Assembly: GCA_000146045.2 (NCBI GenBank)
Contig: BK006945.2
Span: 32,001-96,000 of the forward strand
Source of the DNA: TPA_inf: Saccharomyces
Lineage: Eukaryota
Length of the DNA stretch: 64,000 bases
Reading direction: 5' to 3'
Position numbers and translations under genes: made by a program. Shown here piece after piece: positions 48,101-59,349 of this stretch. The notes under the pieces are model-generated. The model saw only the letters and a program-made list of their open reading frames with translations. It had not been told where the DNA came from and searched no databases. How positions within the stretch are numbered: position 1 is the stretch's first letter; every line of letters begins with the position of its first letter.

Positions 48101-48205
48101 ATAAAATTTATGATTCTTTTGAAATTTCTTTATTCGCGATTTGTATATTATTTTTTCATCATTGGAAGATGAAAGAATCGACTTTTTAATTGTCTTTTCA
48201 TCCAT
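45152..48205 (-). CDS. GPI13: GPI ethanolamine-phosphate transferase GPI13 (PigO-like), 1017 aa
   Basis: The track start at 48229 is GTG. The first ATG is at 48203-48205 (MDEKTIKKSILSS…). There is an N-terminal alkaline-phosphatase-like sulfatase domain (…DHGM…GNHGGDS) followed by about 14 TM helices. Confidence 0.9.
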   Translation of the reverse strand: MDEKTIKKSILSSSNDEKIIYKSRIKKFQKNHKFYIILLVFIAILQFISIAFFTRGFLLSRHVLDNISSQNETSKLPPRFNKAVILVIDALRFDFAIPVNESHSNYNLNYHNNILSLYDSFASDKDASSLLLKFIADPPTTTLQRLKGLTTGSLPTFIDAGSNFDGTVIEEDNFLKQLHLANKTVKFAGDDTWMALFHPFLSNDSFPLESLNVWDLDTVDNGVMDYFHDHLQQDKEWDVMIGHMLGIDHVGHKYGPDHFTMREKQIQVDQFIDWILKSIDDDTLLVILGDHGMDHTGNHGGDSIDELESTLFLYSKKPDMWRLKETSNYNIDNLGHDYRSVRQIDLVSSLALLMGQPIPFNNLGWPIDEIARNDREWSQFVNSAISQLQLYKDTMQIHHGNDEILEPLAKNISNTPPTSDPEKFVKLGHKYQKVFLQTCEELWAKFDYYSIATGITLLATSLVLLISITKLIPSIVVNQMVPEFVPGIIIMVLVTNLCFHGIFYVYQQPSFVDQFWGTLLATAIGIIIGCYITIFDRYNFIWIAMRLGETLADYWSRIAVMFMIIHALLFTSNSFTIWEDRIVAFLLSTFGMLTLYEFVFLPKRQSTTALLTATISEKEGTTSGVNPSTANSNYLPLTRFARLLGGYHSAVLIIFTRLASMITICREEQGEYCIPTFNNQNNSSWWVLGLCFLMIFILPACITGYYNLTSSYQAAAPIWINVFLKGILGLNFVYWSLTSLENNSAVIAIPFLRDVTIFKFTLARIIAGFSLIASNVGWLMGPLCIKLNIHNTDVKSHEATILGYTNIYGSEFFLLVINVLISILLFNKPLAQLSYFLMCNQLLSILEIIDLLKLKENIIGPIALGLLSYQHFFTTGHQATIPSVQWDIGFMLSEKVTFPFTQIAIILNTFGPHILVSLSVALLTLWSQPPDVLKPQTLLGRIVSNCGILLTYNTILCLSSFIWVTHFRRHLMVWKIFCPRFIFASLSLIVTQLVVTFGTIAFASGRLIKHINDIFWK

Positions 48206-49460
48206 ATTACGGGAGCTTTTTTTTTCCACTTAATGTATTGATCTTCCTCCCGTTCTTTGACGATTCGGCGTTGCCCTTAAAACATATGCTTCTATTCCTT
48301 TTTTGATCTTACCCATTTATTTGTTTTTTTTTATTTTCCGGTGGACAACAAAATGTTAAAGGAAAAAAGAAAGTACCTTGCTCGTCATCGCGCTTGCATA
48401 ATGTGCGCCATTACCCTGTAACAAAAACAAAAGATAGAGTGGCAACAACTTGACACAACTTTGCAATTGTACCATGAACCCCAACAAGAAAGGCGGTTGA
48501 GAGTAAATGATGTGGTTTGGTTCCTTTTTTTTCCTACATTTAAGGTTCATAGAGAAGAAAATTTTCTGAAATGTCTTTTCCTCTTTTAATGAATTGTAAA
48601 AAAGCCAGTATTGGAATAATATTCTATTCAATATAGTAAGAAAAGAGGCAATGGGCAGAAATCTTCTCCCGCATAATCCTTTAAATGCAAAATACATGTT
48701 AGGCGTCTAAATTTTTTTCAGTGAATCCAGATGCAGAAACATTTAAACAATAAATATCTTAAACCCATTTTGAAGCATCGGCGGCTAAAAAAATGATTTT
48801 GCATGGAAAAAAATGAGAGCTGTGAACCCAATAAAAAAGACAGCTTTTTAAAAATGTATAACGGTACATTAAGCTCTTGTTTATTCCTCAAACTGCTCCT
48901 AAAAACCATCCTCTCAAAAATAATAATGATAGCTGAAGATTATCTGCCACGAAATGCCATTGAGCCGCTTACTTGTAGGTTTTCATGAGTAATAACGAAG
49001 ATAATTTACCCGTCTTTATAACCCACGTAAAAATAAACATATAATTATTTCTTATTATTTCAACTAACCGTTAAAGTGTTCAAATATGGTAGAAAGCTTT
49101 CCCTATGTGCATTATGATTATCTTTTAGCCGCCAGAGTTTAGTTTAATTTTGTTTTGTTTTTGACGACTTCTGGTGTTACCCGAAGGTATATCCCCGGGT
49201 GACCCCTAAAAATCGCACCCCATTTTCCCGAATTTTCTTCTACGTTTTCTTTTTTCAGAAATACTTCGAATGAGGGATGGAACAAGAAGGAAGCGACATA
49301 CAAAAACTGAGTCAGTTTAGTCTTAATAGGTGCAATATTTACAAATACAGGAAAGGCAGGAAGCACTGGCAAAAAGACTGCATAGCTAAAAAAAAAAAGA
49401 ATAAAAAAAAAACGGAGACCTCAACAGAGCGAAACCAATAATTACAAACAAAATCTTCAT

Positions 49461-51710
49461 ATGACTTCGAAACCATCCACCAGTGACGGCAGGGCTCACT
49501 CGATTTCCCATGTACCTGGCACGCACATGAGAGGAACATCGGCATCACACAGCCCCAGACCGTTTAGGCCATGTGCGGATTGTACGTGTTCTCCAGGCTT
49601 ACTGTCTAGGCAAGGTCGTAGAGCCTCTCTATTTTTAAGACAGTTAGAAAATTCAAGGAGGTCCTCCAGCATGCTTCTCAACGAGTTGAAGGGCGCTGGC
49701 GGAGGTAGCAGTGCTGGAAATGGGTCTGTTTACTCATGTGACTCTCTATGCGCTGTTAACAGGGAAGTTAACACTACTGATAGATTGTTGAAGTTGCGTC
49801 AGGAGATGAAGAAACACGATTTGTGTTGTTATATTGTGCCCAGTTGTGACGAACATCAGTCCGAATATGTATCATTGCGAGATCAAAGGCGCGCCTTCAT
49901 TTCAGGGTTTTCCGGATCGGCCGGTGTAGCCTGTATCACCAGAGACTTGTTAAATTTCAACGATGACCATCCGGATGGGAAATCCATTTTGAGTACTGAT
50001 GGAAGATATTTCAATCAAGCTAGACAAGAACTAGATTATAATTGGACACTTTTGAGGCAAAACGAAGACCCAATCACTTGGCAAGAATGGTGTGTCAGAG
50101 AAGCTTTGGAAATGGCCAAGGGACTTGGCAATAAAGAGGGAATGGTGTTGAAGATAGGTATTGACCCAAAACTTATCACTTTCAACGACTATGTTTCTTT
50201 TAGAAAAATGATTGACACTAAATATGACGCAAAGGGTAAAGTGGAGCTGGTTCCCGTGGAGGAAAACTTAGTTGACAGTATTTGGCCTGATTTTGAAACT
50301 CTACCTGAAAGGCCTTGTAACGATTTACTACTGTTAAAATACGAGTTTCATGGTGAAGAATTCAAAGACAAGAAGGAAAAGTTACTGAAAAAGCTGAATG
50401 ATAAGGCTTCCTCTGCGACGACCGGTAGGAATACTTTCATAGTAGTTGCGTTGGATGAAATTTGTTGGTTGTTGAACTTGCGTGGATCCGACATTGACTA
50501 TAATCCAGTTTTTTTCTCCTACGTGGCTATTAACGAAGACGAAACCATTCTTTTCACCAATAACCCCTTCAATGATGACATATCGGAATATTTTAAGATA
50601 AACGGTATTGAAGTCAGACCTTACGAACAGATATGGGAACATTTAACAAAGATAACTTCGCAGGCTTCTTCTGCGGAGCATGAATTTTTGATTCCTGATA
50701 GTGCATCGTGGCAGATGGTTCGTTGTTTGAACACCTCAACCAACGCTAACGGTGCAATAGCTAAAAAAATGACTGCACAAAACTTTGCGATAATTCACTC
50801 ACCCATCGATGTTTTGAAATCTATCAAGAATGACATCGAAATAAAAAACGCACACAAGGCGCAGGTCAAAGACGCAGTATGTTTAGTGCAGTATTTTGCA
50901 TGGCTGGAGCAGCAATTAGTGGGGCGCGAGGCACTGATAGATGAATATCGTGCCGCAGAAAAATTGACCGAGATTAGGAAAACCCAAAGGAACTTCATGG
51001 GCAATTCCTTCGAAACAATATCCTCCACAGGTAGTAACGCCGCCATCATACATTATTCGCCGCCCGTAGAGAACTCTTCGATGATTGATCCTACCAAGAT
51101 ATATCTTTGCGACTCCGGTTCGCAATTCTTGGAGGGTACAACTGATATAACAAGAACAATTCACTTAACAAAGCCAACCAAAGAAGAAATGGATAATTAC
51201 ACACTGGTACTTAAAGGTGGCTTAGCCCTAGAGAGGTTGATTTTTCCCGAAAACACTCCCGGGTTTAATATCGACGCCATCGCTAGGCAGTTTTTATGGT
51301 CCCGCGGGTTAGATTACAAACATGGCACAGGCCATGGTATCGGATCATTTTTAAACGTTCACGAAGGACCCATGGGTGTCGGCTTTAGGCCACATCTGAT
51401 GAATTTCCCCTTAAGAGCGGGTAACATAATAAGTAACGAACCAGGTTATTATAAGGATGGTGAGTATGGTATCAGGATTGAAAGCGACATGTTAATCAAG
51501 AAGGCCACTGAGAAGGGTAACTTCTTGAAATTCGAAAACATGACTGTGGTTCCCTATTGCAGGAAGTTGATCAATACTAAGTTACTAAACGAAGAAGAAA
51601 AAACACAGATTAACGAGTACCACGCAAGGGTATGGAGGACAATAGTGCATTTTCTGCAGCCTCAGAGTATTTCATACAAGTGGCTGAAAAGAGAAACAAG
51701 CCCACTATGA
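49461..51710 (+). CDS. FRA1: Aminopeptidase P-like (M24B) cytosolic protein FRA1, involved in Aft1 iron signalling, 749 aa
   Basis: Pita-bread M24 catalytic domain with metal-binding residues (…HGTGHGIGSFLNVHEGP…NEPGYY…) after an approximately 120-aa S/R-rich N-terminal extension. Confidence 0.85.
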   Translation: MTSKPSTSDGRAHSISHVPGTHMRGTSASHSPRPFRPCADCTCSPGLLSRQGRRASLFLRQLENSRRSSSMLLNELKGAGGGSSAGNGSVYSCDSLCAVNREVNTTDRLLKLRQEMKKHDLCCYIVPSCDEHQSEYVSLRDQRRAFISGFSGSAGVACITRDLLNFNDDHPDGKSILSTDGRYFNQARQELDYNWTLLRQNEDPITWQEWCVREALEMAKGLGNKEGMVLKIGIDPKLITFNDYVSFRKMIDTKYDAKGKVELVPVEENLVDSIWPDFETLPERPCNDLLLLKYEFHGEEFKDKKEKLLKKLNDKASSATTGRNTFIVVALDEICWLLNLRGSDIDYNPVFFSYVAINEDETILFTNNPFNDDISEYFKINGIEVRPYEQIWEHLTKITSQASSAEHEFLIPDSASWQMVRCLNTSTNANGAIAKKMTAQNFAIIHSPIDVLKSIKNDIEIKNAHKAQVKDAVCLVQYFAWLEQQLVGREALIDEYRAAEKLTEIRKTQRNFMGNSFETISSTGSNAAIIHYSPPVENSSMIDPTKIYLCDSGSQFLEGTTDITRTIHLTKPTKEEMDNYTLVLKGGLALERLIFPENTPGFNIDAIARQFLWSRGLDYKHGTGHGIGSFLNVHEGPMGVGFRPHLMNFPLRAGNIISNEPGYYKDGEYGIRIESDMLIKKATEKGNFLKFENMTVVPYCRKLINTKLLNEEEKTQINEYHARVWRTIVHFLQPQSISYKWLKRETSPL

Positions 51711-52260
51711 CTTCGAGGCGAGCGGGGCGCAATACAATTAATGTTAGTATTTATTCTAAGTAGTTTCTTTCTTTTTATTTAATTTGAGTGATAACAATAA
51801 CAACAATAATGACTAAAAGGTGAAAATTGAAAACATTACCTTCATTTTTTTACGGCCGGAGAGGGGTAGGTACACTTAACCCCGAGCGCTTTTAGTGCCA
51901 AAAAGAGTTAATGTGCGTAGTCGGATTTTAAACGACCATGCATGTACAGCCCCCTAGTGATTTATACTGATGCCTCATCAAGAAATTTTTTCATCCAGGG
52001 TCCCTGCTCGGCGAACCTTTCCGCAAGAGTCACAAAAATCAATCTTATAACCAGGCACCAGTAGTACTGCCAAGCTTGGACTACATAGCCAACGTAAAGA
52101 CAAGGAGTCTGATTTAGTATTTCTTTTTTGCCAGCCAGTATTTTCTGCGCAGGATAGATTATTTTAAGAGCCGAGAATTCCTTATGCGGGCCCGGTCACA
52201 ACGGATTATAGGTTCCGCCAGACCCCGTTGCTTTGGTTCCATGGAGCAGGAGCAGGATTT

Positions 52261-52268
52261 TCCGTGGA
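52261..52268. promoter_or_regulatory. PDRE variant TCCGTGGA (Pdr1/Pdr3 site) about 540 bp upstream of TPO1
   Basis: Reads ttTCCGTGGAaa. TPO1 is a known Pdr1/Pdr3 target. Confidence 0.5.
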
Positions 52269-52290
52269 AAGAGAAGCACCGAGCGAAAAG

Positions 52291-52346
52291 CGGATACGGA
52301 AGGCGGATGCGGAAACGGATGCGGACGCGGAAGGAAGGAAGGAAGC
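52291..52346. promoter_or_regulatory. GC-rich cluster: three direct CGGATRCGG (CGG-N3-CGG) repeats, then CGCGG, then (GGAA)4
   Basis: Reads CGGATACGGaaggCGGATGCGGaaaCGGATGCGGaCGCGGaaggaaggaaggaagc. It resembles an array of zinc-cluster-factor half-sites. The three short overlapping track ORFs in 52159..52590 are artefacts of this GC-rich block. Confidence 0.45.
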
Positions 52347-52803
52347 AAACCCTTCCGTCTATGTCGCTATGAAGCCGTCTCACAGTAGAGCCATTCGAGA
52401 TTTCCGTCCGTCGGTACACAGAAATCTTCGTATCGGGAGTTTTACTTTAAAAGGAAACGATCGTAGGAATTCCCTAAAGAAAAAGGAAGAAAAATTTAAC
52501 GTTGAACATTGTCATTTTCTTTTTTTTTTTTATGTGTGCAGAATATACTATCAAGTAATGTGTTCTATATATAAAGGGTACCTCATTTGATCTTGATGTT
52601 TCTTTCTGCTCGTATGCCTTGAGTCACCAGTTTTCAAAAATAATCTTGGTCTATAGAAGAGAAAAATCCAATAATCTGAAATTGGTTCTTCGCACCCTTG
52701 CAACGAGATCATATACTAAATATCGGGAACTCTTTATTTCTGGATCTTTTATCAGTCACTTTTTTTTTTAGTCAAAGAAGCAAGAGAAAACTAGACAGAG
52801 ACA

Positions 52804-54564
52804 ATGTCGGATCATTCTCCCATTTCTAATAAGGAAAATCATCTGCTGCCATCAGACTCGTCAAGAAGCTCATCCAGCGATATGCATTCGACGGGCACCA
52901 CGGGAACCACAGGCGTCGAACCTGTAGATTTCACCGGTGAAGGTGCCAAATACACAACTGCTACGGAGGGCAATGGTGGTGCAGATTTAGCGATTCAAAG
53001 AACGACGACTATGAATTCTGCTGCAGAATCAGAGGTTAATATCACGAGAAGATTAACTAAAATCCTTACTGGGTCTGTTAACGAGCCTGACCGTGTAGAG
53101 GTTGATTATACCAATTGTGCGCCCATGGGTGGTGACAGACCTTACCCTCCATCGTTGCCGAGCAGAGACCTGTACGAGGTTACTTTTGATGGTCCTAACG
53201 ACCCACTACATCCATTTAACTGGCCCATGAAGAAGAAAGTGCTGCTATGTCTGGTCTTATGTCTGGATTCTATTGCCATTGCTATGTGTTCTTCCATTTT
53301 TGCCTCTGCAGTGCCGCAAATCTGCGAGATATACCACGTCATCGAAGTTGTCGCCATTTTGGGTATCACGCTTTTTGTTCTTGGGTTTGCGGCCTCACCG
53401 GTTATCTATGCTCCTCTTTCTGAATTGTACGGTAGAAAGGGTGTTCTGGTTTTATCTGCGTTTGGATTTGCCCTTTTCCAATTTGCTGTCGCTACTGCTG
53501 AGAACCTGCAAACTATTTTCATATGTAGATTCTTTGGTGGTTTTATCGGGGCAGCACCCATGGCCGTCGTCCCCGCCGCGTTTGCCGACATGTTTGATAC
53601 TAATGTTAGAGGTAAAGCCATTGCGCTATTTTCTCTAGGTGTTTTTGTAGGCCCCATTTTATCGCCTGTCATGGGTTCTTATATCGCACAAAGAACTACC
53701 TGGAGATGGTTAGAATATGTTGTCGGTTGTTTCGCTTCCGCAGTTTTCGTTGCCATCGTATTGTTCTTTGAAGAAACACATCACCCTACCATTTTGGTTA
53801 ACAAGGCCAAACAGATGAGAAAGCAAAGTAATAACTGGGGTATTCATGCTGCTCATGAAGACGTGGAGCTATCCATCAAAGACATTGTCCAAAAAACTGT
53901 GACGAGGCCTATCATTATGCTTTTCGTGGAACCATTGCTACTATTCGTGACTATTTACAACTCTTTTGTCTACGGTATCTTGTATTTGTTACTGGAAGCC
54001 TACCCACTTGTCTTTGTGGAGGGTTATGGGTTTACTGAAAACGGTGAGTTGCCATACATCGCCTTGATTATCGGTATGATGGTGTGTGCTGCTTTCATTT
54101 GGTATATGGACAACGATTATTTGAAAAGATGTAGAGCCAAGGGGAAATTAGTGCCCGAGGCCAGATTGTACGCAATGGTCATTGCAGGTACCGTTTTCCC
54201 TATTGGTATCTTATGGTTCTGTTGGACGGGCTACTATCCTCACAAGATTCATTGGATGGTCCCCACAGTAGGAGGGGCCTTCATCGGGTTCGGTTTAATG
54301 GGTATTTTCTTGCCATGTTTAAACTATATCATTGAATCGTATCTATTGTTGGCAGCTTCTGCCGTCGCAGCAAACACTTTCATGAGGTCTGCATTTGGTG
54401 CATGCTTCCCATTGTTTGCAGGATATATGTTCCGTGGCATGGGTATCGGTTGGGCTGGTTTGTTATTAGGTCTATTTGCCGCTGCGATGATTCCCGTGCC
54501 TTTACTATTCTTAAAATATGGTGAATCTATCAGAAAGAAATCCAAGTATGCTTACGCCGCTTAA
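52804..54564 (+). CDS. TPO1: Polyamine/multidrug:H+ antiporter TPO1 (MFS DHA1 family), 586 aa
   Basis: A 12-TM MFS core after a long S/T-rich cytosolic N-terminus ([37 protein letters not shown]…). Confidence 0.9.
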
Positions 54565-55402
54565 GAAAAAGAAAAGCAGAAATCATGCTCTTTCTATATT
54601 TGCATTTTTTTATTTCATTGTTATTACTCACCCTGCCCCACGCTCAAAGGGCTCGATAACGACATAGCATTATAGACACTGTGCAGCGTAAAGCTGACAT
54701 ATAAAGAAATTACAAAAAAAAATTAAAAAAAAAAAAAAAAACAATCAAAAAAGACACACAACTACAGAACAAAGGAAATCTTTTTCTATGCACAAGCACA
54801 AGAGTACTTAGAGAGTAGTGATATCCCCTTTTTTTTCTACTATTTTTTTTTTTCCCATTTTTTTCCTCCAAGACTCCTCTTATGTGGTTGTTATGTATAG
54901 CCCATAGTTACTAAATAAAACACTAATTAATGATTAATAATCCCTCTCTAATAAGAAATAGATAAAAGCTATTGTTCTTCTCATCGCCGGTTCTCGGCGT
55001 TGTCCGTACCCTTGGCCGAAACTCGGGCGGGGGCTTATTAGTCATACCCTCAGATTTCATTGGTCAGATAACAGTCACCCGGTAAATGCCCGTTTAATGA
55101 CTTCTTTATTTTGGATTAAAATTGACAGGGAATTTCAACGGAATAAAGGAAAGAGATTGAGATGCTTTTAATTCATAAAGGAAAGGGAAAGAGGACAGGA
55201 AAGCAAGGAAGAGTAATGGAATTTTGCAAATATTTGTAAATCCTTTAGAATTACTAAGAAACTGTTATTTATTGACATTATTTTACTCGTCTTATTTATT
55301 TATTTATACATTTGGCCACCATTTTTGCACTCGTACGAAAGACCATTTTAGATTTTTTTGATTTGGTAGTATAACAAACGATCGGAACAATAACGTAACA
55401 TA

Positions 55403-56155
55403 ATGATAAACACAGGAAGAAGCAGGAATTCAGTACTGCTGGCACACAGATTCCTTTCAACTGGAGGATTTTGGCGAGGCGGTACGAATGGCACAATGTC
55501 TCGCACAATCAACAACGTAAATCCTTTCAAATTAAAATTCATACCGAAGACAGTGCCCGCAGCTGCAGACTCTGTCTCTCCAGATAGTCAACGTCCAGGT
55601 AAGAAGCCCTTCAAATTCATAGTTTCCAATCAGAGCAAGAGTAGCAAGGCTTCTAAAAGCCCGAAGTGGTCGAGCTACGCATTCCCTTCGCGTGAGACCA
55701 TCAAATCTCATGAGGAGGCCATCAAGAAGCAGAATAAAGCTATAGACGAGCAAATAGCTGCTGCAGTATCCAAGAATGACTGCTCTTGCACAGAACCTCC
55801 CAAGAAAAGAAAGAGGAAATTGAGACCAAGAAAGGCGCTGATCACCCTGAGTCCGAAGGCAATCAAGCATTTAAGGGCACTGCTAGCTCAGCCGGAACCT
55901 AAATTGATTAGAGTTAGCGCTAGAAACCGTGGATGTTCAGGACTAACGTACGATCTACAATATATCACCGAGCCGGGGAAATTCGATGAGGTAGTAGAAC
56001 AAGATGGCGTTAAAATTGTCATCGATTCAAAGGCGTTATTCAGCATCATTGGAAGTGAAATGGACTGGATCGACGACAAGTTGGCCTCTAAGTTTGTCTT
56101 CAAGAATCCAAACTCCAAGGGCACATGCGGTTGTGGCGAGAGTTTCATGGTTTAA
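55403..56155 (+). CDS. ISA1: Mitochondrial A-type Fe-S cluster assembly protein ISA1, 250 aa
   Basis: The C-terminal HesB/IscA signature …KGTCGCGESFMV is present, with an N-terminal presequence. Confidence 0.9.
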   Translation: MINTGRSRNSVLLAHRFLSTGGFWRGGTNGTMSRTINNVNPFKLKFIPKTVPAAADSVSPDSQRPGKKPFKFIVSNQSKSSKASKSPKWSSYAFPSRETIKSHEEAIKKQNKAIDEQIAAAVSKNDCSCTEPPKKRKRKLRPRKALITLSPKAIKHLRALLAQPEPKLIRVSARNRGCSGLTYDLQYITEPGKFDEVVEQDGVKIVIDSKALFSIIGSEMDWIDDKLASKFVFKNPNSKGTCGCGESFMV

Positions 56156-56320
56156 AAACCTTCTGCACCATTTTTAGAAAAAAAGAATCTACCTATTCAC
56201 TTATTTATTCATTTACTTATTTATTTACATATTTATCATACATATTAACATTGAACCCTCCATCGTGGTAGTGTTTGCTGTTCCTAACTTTTCTTTCGTT
56301 GTTCTTGTAGATATATATTT

Positions 56321-56338
56321 TTCCAGAATTTTCTAGAA
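56321..56338. promoter_or_regulatory. Heat-shock element (TTCcaGAAttTTCtaGAA) about 290 bp upstream of HSP104
   Basis: Four alternating GAA/TTC units, read directly. Confidence 0.8.
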
Positions 56339-56370
56339 GGGTTATTAATTACAATCTTAAACGTTCCATA

Positions 56371-56455
56371 AGGGGCCGCGATTTTTTTGTTCAATTTTCA
56401 ACAGGGGGCCCATCTCAAAGAACTGCAAATTATATCACAGTAAAAGGCAAAGGGG
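56371..56455. promoter_or_regulatory. Three STREs (AGGGG at about 56371, 56403 and 56451) in the HSP104 promoter
   Basis: Reads ataAGGGGcc, acAGGGGGcc and aaAGGGGcg. This matches the known 3xSTRE + HSE architecture of HSP104. Confidence 0.7.
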
Positions 56456-56622
56456 CGCAAACTTATGCAACCTGCCAGATTATTATATAAGGCATTGTAA
56501 TCTTGCCTCAATTCCTTCATAATTCGTTCCTTTGTCACTTGTTCCTTTTTACCCTTGAATCGAATCAGCAATAACAAAGAAAAAAGAAATCAACTACACG
56601 TACCATAAAATATACAGAATAT

Positions 56623-59349
56623 ATGAACGACCAAACGCAATTTACAGAAAGGGCTCTAACGATTTTGACGTTGGCTCAAAAATTGGCTTCGGATCATCAA
56701 CATCCACAATTACAACCTATACATATTCTAGCTGCCTTCATTGAAACGCCAGAAGATGGATCAGTCCCTTACCTACAGAATCTAATTGAGAAGGGCCGTT
56801 ACGACTATGATCTTTTCAAGAAAGTGGTTAATAGAAATCTAGTAAGAATTCCTCAACAGCAACCTGCACCTGCGGAGATAACTCCAAGTTATGCTTTGGG
56901 GAAAGTCCTTCAAGACGCTGCTAAGATTCAAAAACAACAGAAGGACTCATTTATAGCGCAAGACCATATATTGTTTGCTCTATTCAATGATTCGTCTATT
57001 CAGCAAATATTTAAGGAAGCTCAAGTAGATATTGAGGCCATCAAGCAACAAGCTCTTGAACTTCGTGGTAACACTAGAATTGACTCTCGTGGCGCTGATA
57101 CGAACACACCTTTGGAATATTTATCAAAGTACGCCATTGATATGACTGAGCAGGCTCGTCAAGGTAAACTTGACCCTGTCATCGGCCGTGAAGAAGAAAT
57201 AAGAAGCACTATTAGAGTTTTAGCAAGAAGAATTAAGTCCAACCCATGTTTAATTGGTGAGCCAGGTATCGGTAAGACCGCTATTATTGAAGGTGTTGCT
57301 CAAAGAATCATTGACGATGACGTTCCCACTATCTTACAAGGCGCTAAATTGTTCAGTCTAGATTTGGCCGCATTAACCGCAGGTGCTAAATACAAAGGTG
57401 ATTTCGAAGAAAGATTCAAAGGTGTTTTGAAGGAAATCGAAGAATCAAAGACTCTAATTGTGTTATTCATTGATGAAATTCACATGTTAATGGGTAATGG
57501 TAAGGACGACGCTGCTAACATCTTGAAGCCAGCTTTGTCCAGAGGCCAATTGAAGGTCATCGGTGCCACCACCAATAACGAATATAGATCTATTGTGGAA
57601 AAGGATGGTGCCTTTGAAAGAAGATTCCAGAAAATTGAAGTCGCTGAACCAAGTGTGAGACAAACAGTGGCCATATTGAGAGGTCTGCAACCAAAGTATG
57701 AAATACATCATGGTGTAAGGATTCTGGATAGCGCCTTAGTCACTGCTGCTCAATTAGCCAAGCGTTACTTGCCATATAGAAGATTGCCAGATTCTGCTTT
57801 GGATTTAGTTGATATTTCTTGTGCTGGTGTCGCCGTCGCAAGAGATTCTAAGCCAGAAGAATTGGATTCCAAGGAACGTCAATTGCAATTGATTCAAGTA
57901 GAGATAAAAGCTCTAGAGAGAGATGAAGATGCCGACTCCACCACTAAAGATAGATTAAAGTTAGCTAGGCAGAAGGAAGCTTCATTGCAAGAAGAATTGG
58001 AACCTCTAAGACAACGTTACAATGAAGAAAAGCATGGCCATGAAGAATTGACACAAGCTAAAAAGAAATTGGATGAACTGGAAAACAAGGCCCTTGATGC
58101 TGAACGTAGATATGATACTGCTACCGCCGCTGATTTAAGGTACTTCGCCATCCCAGATATCAAAAAGCAAATCGAAAAGCTTGAAGATCAGGTTGCTGAG
58201 GAAGAGAGACGTGCTGGTGCCAACTCCATGATCCAAAATGTGGTCGATTCAGACACCATTTCTGAAACAGCTGCAAGATTGACTGGTATCCCTGTTAAGA
58301 AGTTGTCAGAATCTGAAAATGAAAAATTGATTCATATGGAACGTGACTTATCATCTGAAGTCGTGGGCCAAATGGATGCCATTAAAGCTGTTTCCAATGC
58401 CGTTAGATTGTCTAGATCAGGTTTAGCTAATCCAAGGCAACCAGCATCCTTCTTATTTTTAGGTTTGTCCGGTTCCGGTAAAACTGAATTGGCTAAAAAA
58501 GTTGCTGGATTTTTGTTTAATGATGAGGACATGATGATCAGGGTCGATTGTTCTGAATTAAGCGAGAAGTATGCGGTCTCTAAGTTGTTGGGTACCACGG
58601 CAGGTTATGTCGGGTACGATGAAGGTGGCTTTTTAACTAACCAACTGCAATACAAACCATACTCCGTTTTGTTATTCGATGAAGTAGAAAAGGCACATCC
58701 TGATGTTTTGACTGTCATGCTACAAATGTTGGATGACGGTAGAATTACTTCTGGTCAAGGTAAGACGATCGACTGTTCCAATTGTATTGTCATCATGACT
58801 TCCAATCTAGGTGCTGAATTTATCAATTCTCAACAAGGATCAAAGATCCAAGAATCTACCAAGAATTTGGTCATGGGTGCTGTTAGGCAACATTTCAGAC
58901 CAGAATTTTTGAACAGAATTTCTAGTATAGTCATTTTCAACAAGCTATCTAGAAAAGCTATTCATAAGATCGTGGATATTCGTTTGAAGGAAATTGAAGA
59001 GAGATTCGAGCAAAATGATAAACATTACAAGTTGAATTTAACTCAAGAGGCCAAGGACTTCTTGGCCAAATATGGTTATTCCGATGATATGGGTGCACGT
59101 CCACTGAACAGGTTAATTCAAAACGAAATTTTGAACAAACTGGCACTAAGGATCTTAAAGAATGAAATCAAGGATAAGGAAACTGTCAATGTCGTCTTGA
59201 AGAAGGGTAAATCTCGTGATGAAAATGTTCCTGAGGAAGCTGAAGAATGTCTGGAAGTTCTACCAAATCACGAAGCTACTATAGGGGCTGACACGTTAGG
59301 TGATGACGATAATGAGGACAGTATGGAAATTGATGATGACCTAGATTAA
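56623..59349 (+). CDS. HSP104: Protein disaggregase HSP104 (ClpB-type, two AAA+ domains), 908 aa
   Basis: NBD1 Walker [13 protein letters not shown]2 Walker [10 protein letters not shown], a middle coiled-coil domain and the C-terminal acidic tail …IDDDLD. Confidence 0.97.
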   Translation: MNDQTQFTERALTILTLAQKLASDHQHPQLQPIHILAAFIETPEDGSVPYLQNLIEKGRYDYDLFKKVVNRNLVRIPQQQPAPAEITPSYALGKVLQDAAKIQKQQKDSFIAQDHILFALFNDSSIQQIFKEAQVDIEAIKQQALELRGNTRIDSRGADTNTPLEYLSKYAIDMTEQARQGKLDPVIGREEEIRSTIRVLARRIKSNPCLIGEPGIGKTAIIEGVAQRIIDDDVPTILQGAKLFSLDLAALTAGAKYKGDFEERFKGVLKEIEESKTLIVLFIDEIHMLMGNGKDDAANILKPALSRGQLKVIGATTNNEYRSIVEKDGAFERRFQKIEVAEPSVRQTVAILRGLQPKYEIHHGVRILDSALVTAAQLAKRYLPYRRLPDSALDLVDISCAGVAVARDSKPEELDSKERQLQLIQVEIKALERDEDADSTTKDRLKLARQKEASLQEELEPLRQRYNEEKHGHEELTQAKKKLDELENKALDAERRYDTATAADLRYFAIPDIKKQIEKLEDQVAEEERRAGANSMIQNVVDSDTISETAARLTGIPVKKLSESENEKLIHMERDLSSEVVGQMDAIKAVSNAVRLSRSGLANPRQPASFLFLGLSGSGKTELAKKVAGFLFNDEDMMIRVDCSELSEKYAVSKLLGTTAGYVGYDEGGFLTNQLQYKPYSVLLFDEVEKAHPDVLTVMLQMLDDGRITSGQGKTIDCSNCIVIMTSNLGAEFINSQQGSKIQESTKNLVMGAVRQHFRPEFLNRISSIVIFNKLSRKAIHKIVDIRLKEIEERFEQNDKHYKLNLTQEAKDFLAKYGYSDDMGARPLNRLIQNEILNKLALRILKNEIKDKETVNVVLKKGKSRDENVPEEAEECLEVLPNHEATIGADTLGDDDNEDSMEIDDDLD

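Noticed and set aside
48356-48697. A 113-aa minus-strand ORF in the GPI13/FRA1 divergent promoter (dubious YLL030C)
   Set aside because: It lies in an intergenic promoter region, has a low-complexity sequence and has no homologs that I recognise.
52159-52590. Three overlapping ORFs (86, 62 and 120 aa) on both strands upstream of TPO1
   Set aside because: These are artefacts of a GC-rich CGG/GGAA repeat block. The translations are R/G/K-rich low-complexity sequence, and they lie in the TPO1 promoter.
55296-56235. ARS consensus-like A/T-rich stretches (e.g. TTTACATATTT near 56222, and the T-rich block 63300-63480)
   Set aside because: These are only 9-10/11 matches to the ACS in generally AT-rich 3' regions. 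They are not distinguishable from background without B-element context or replication data.
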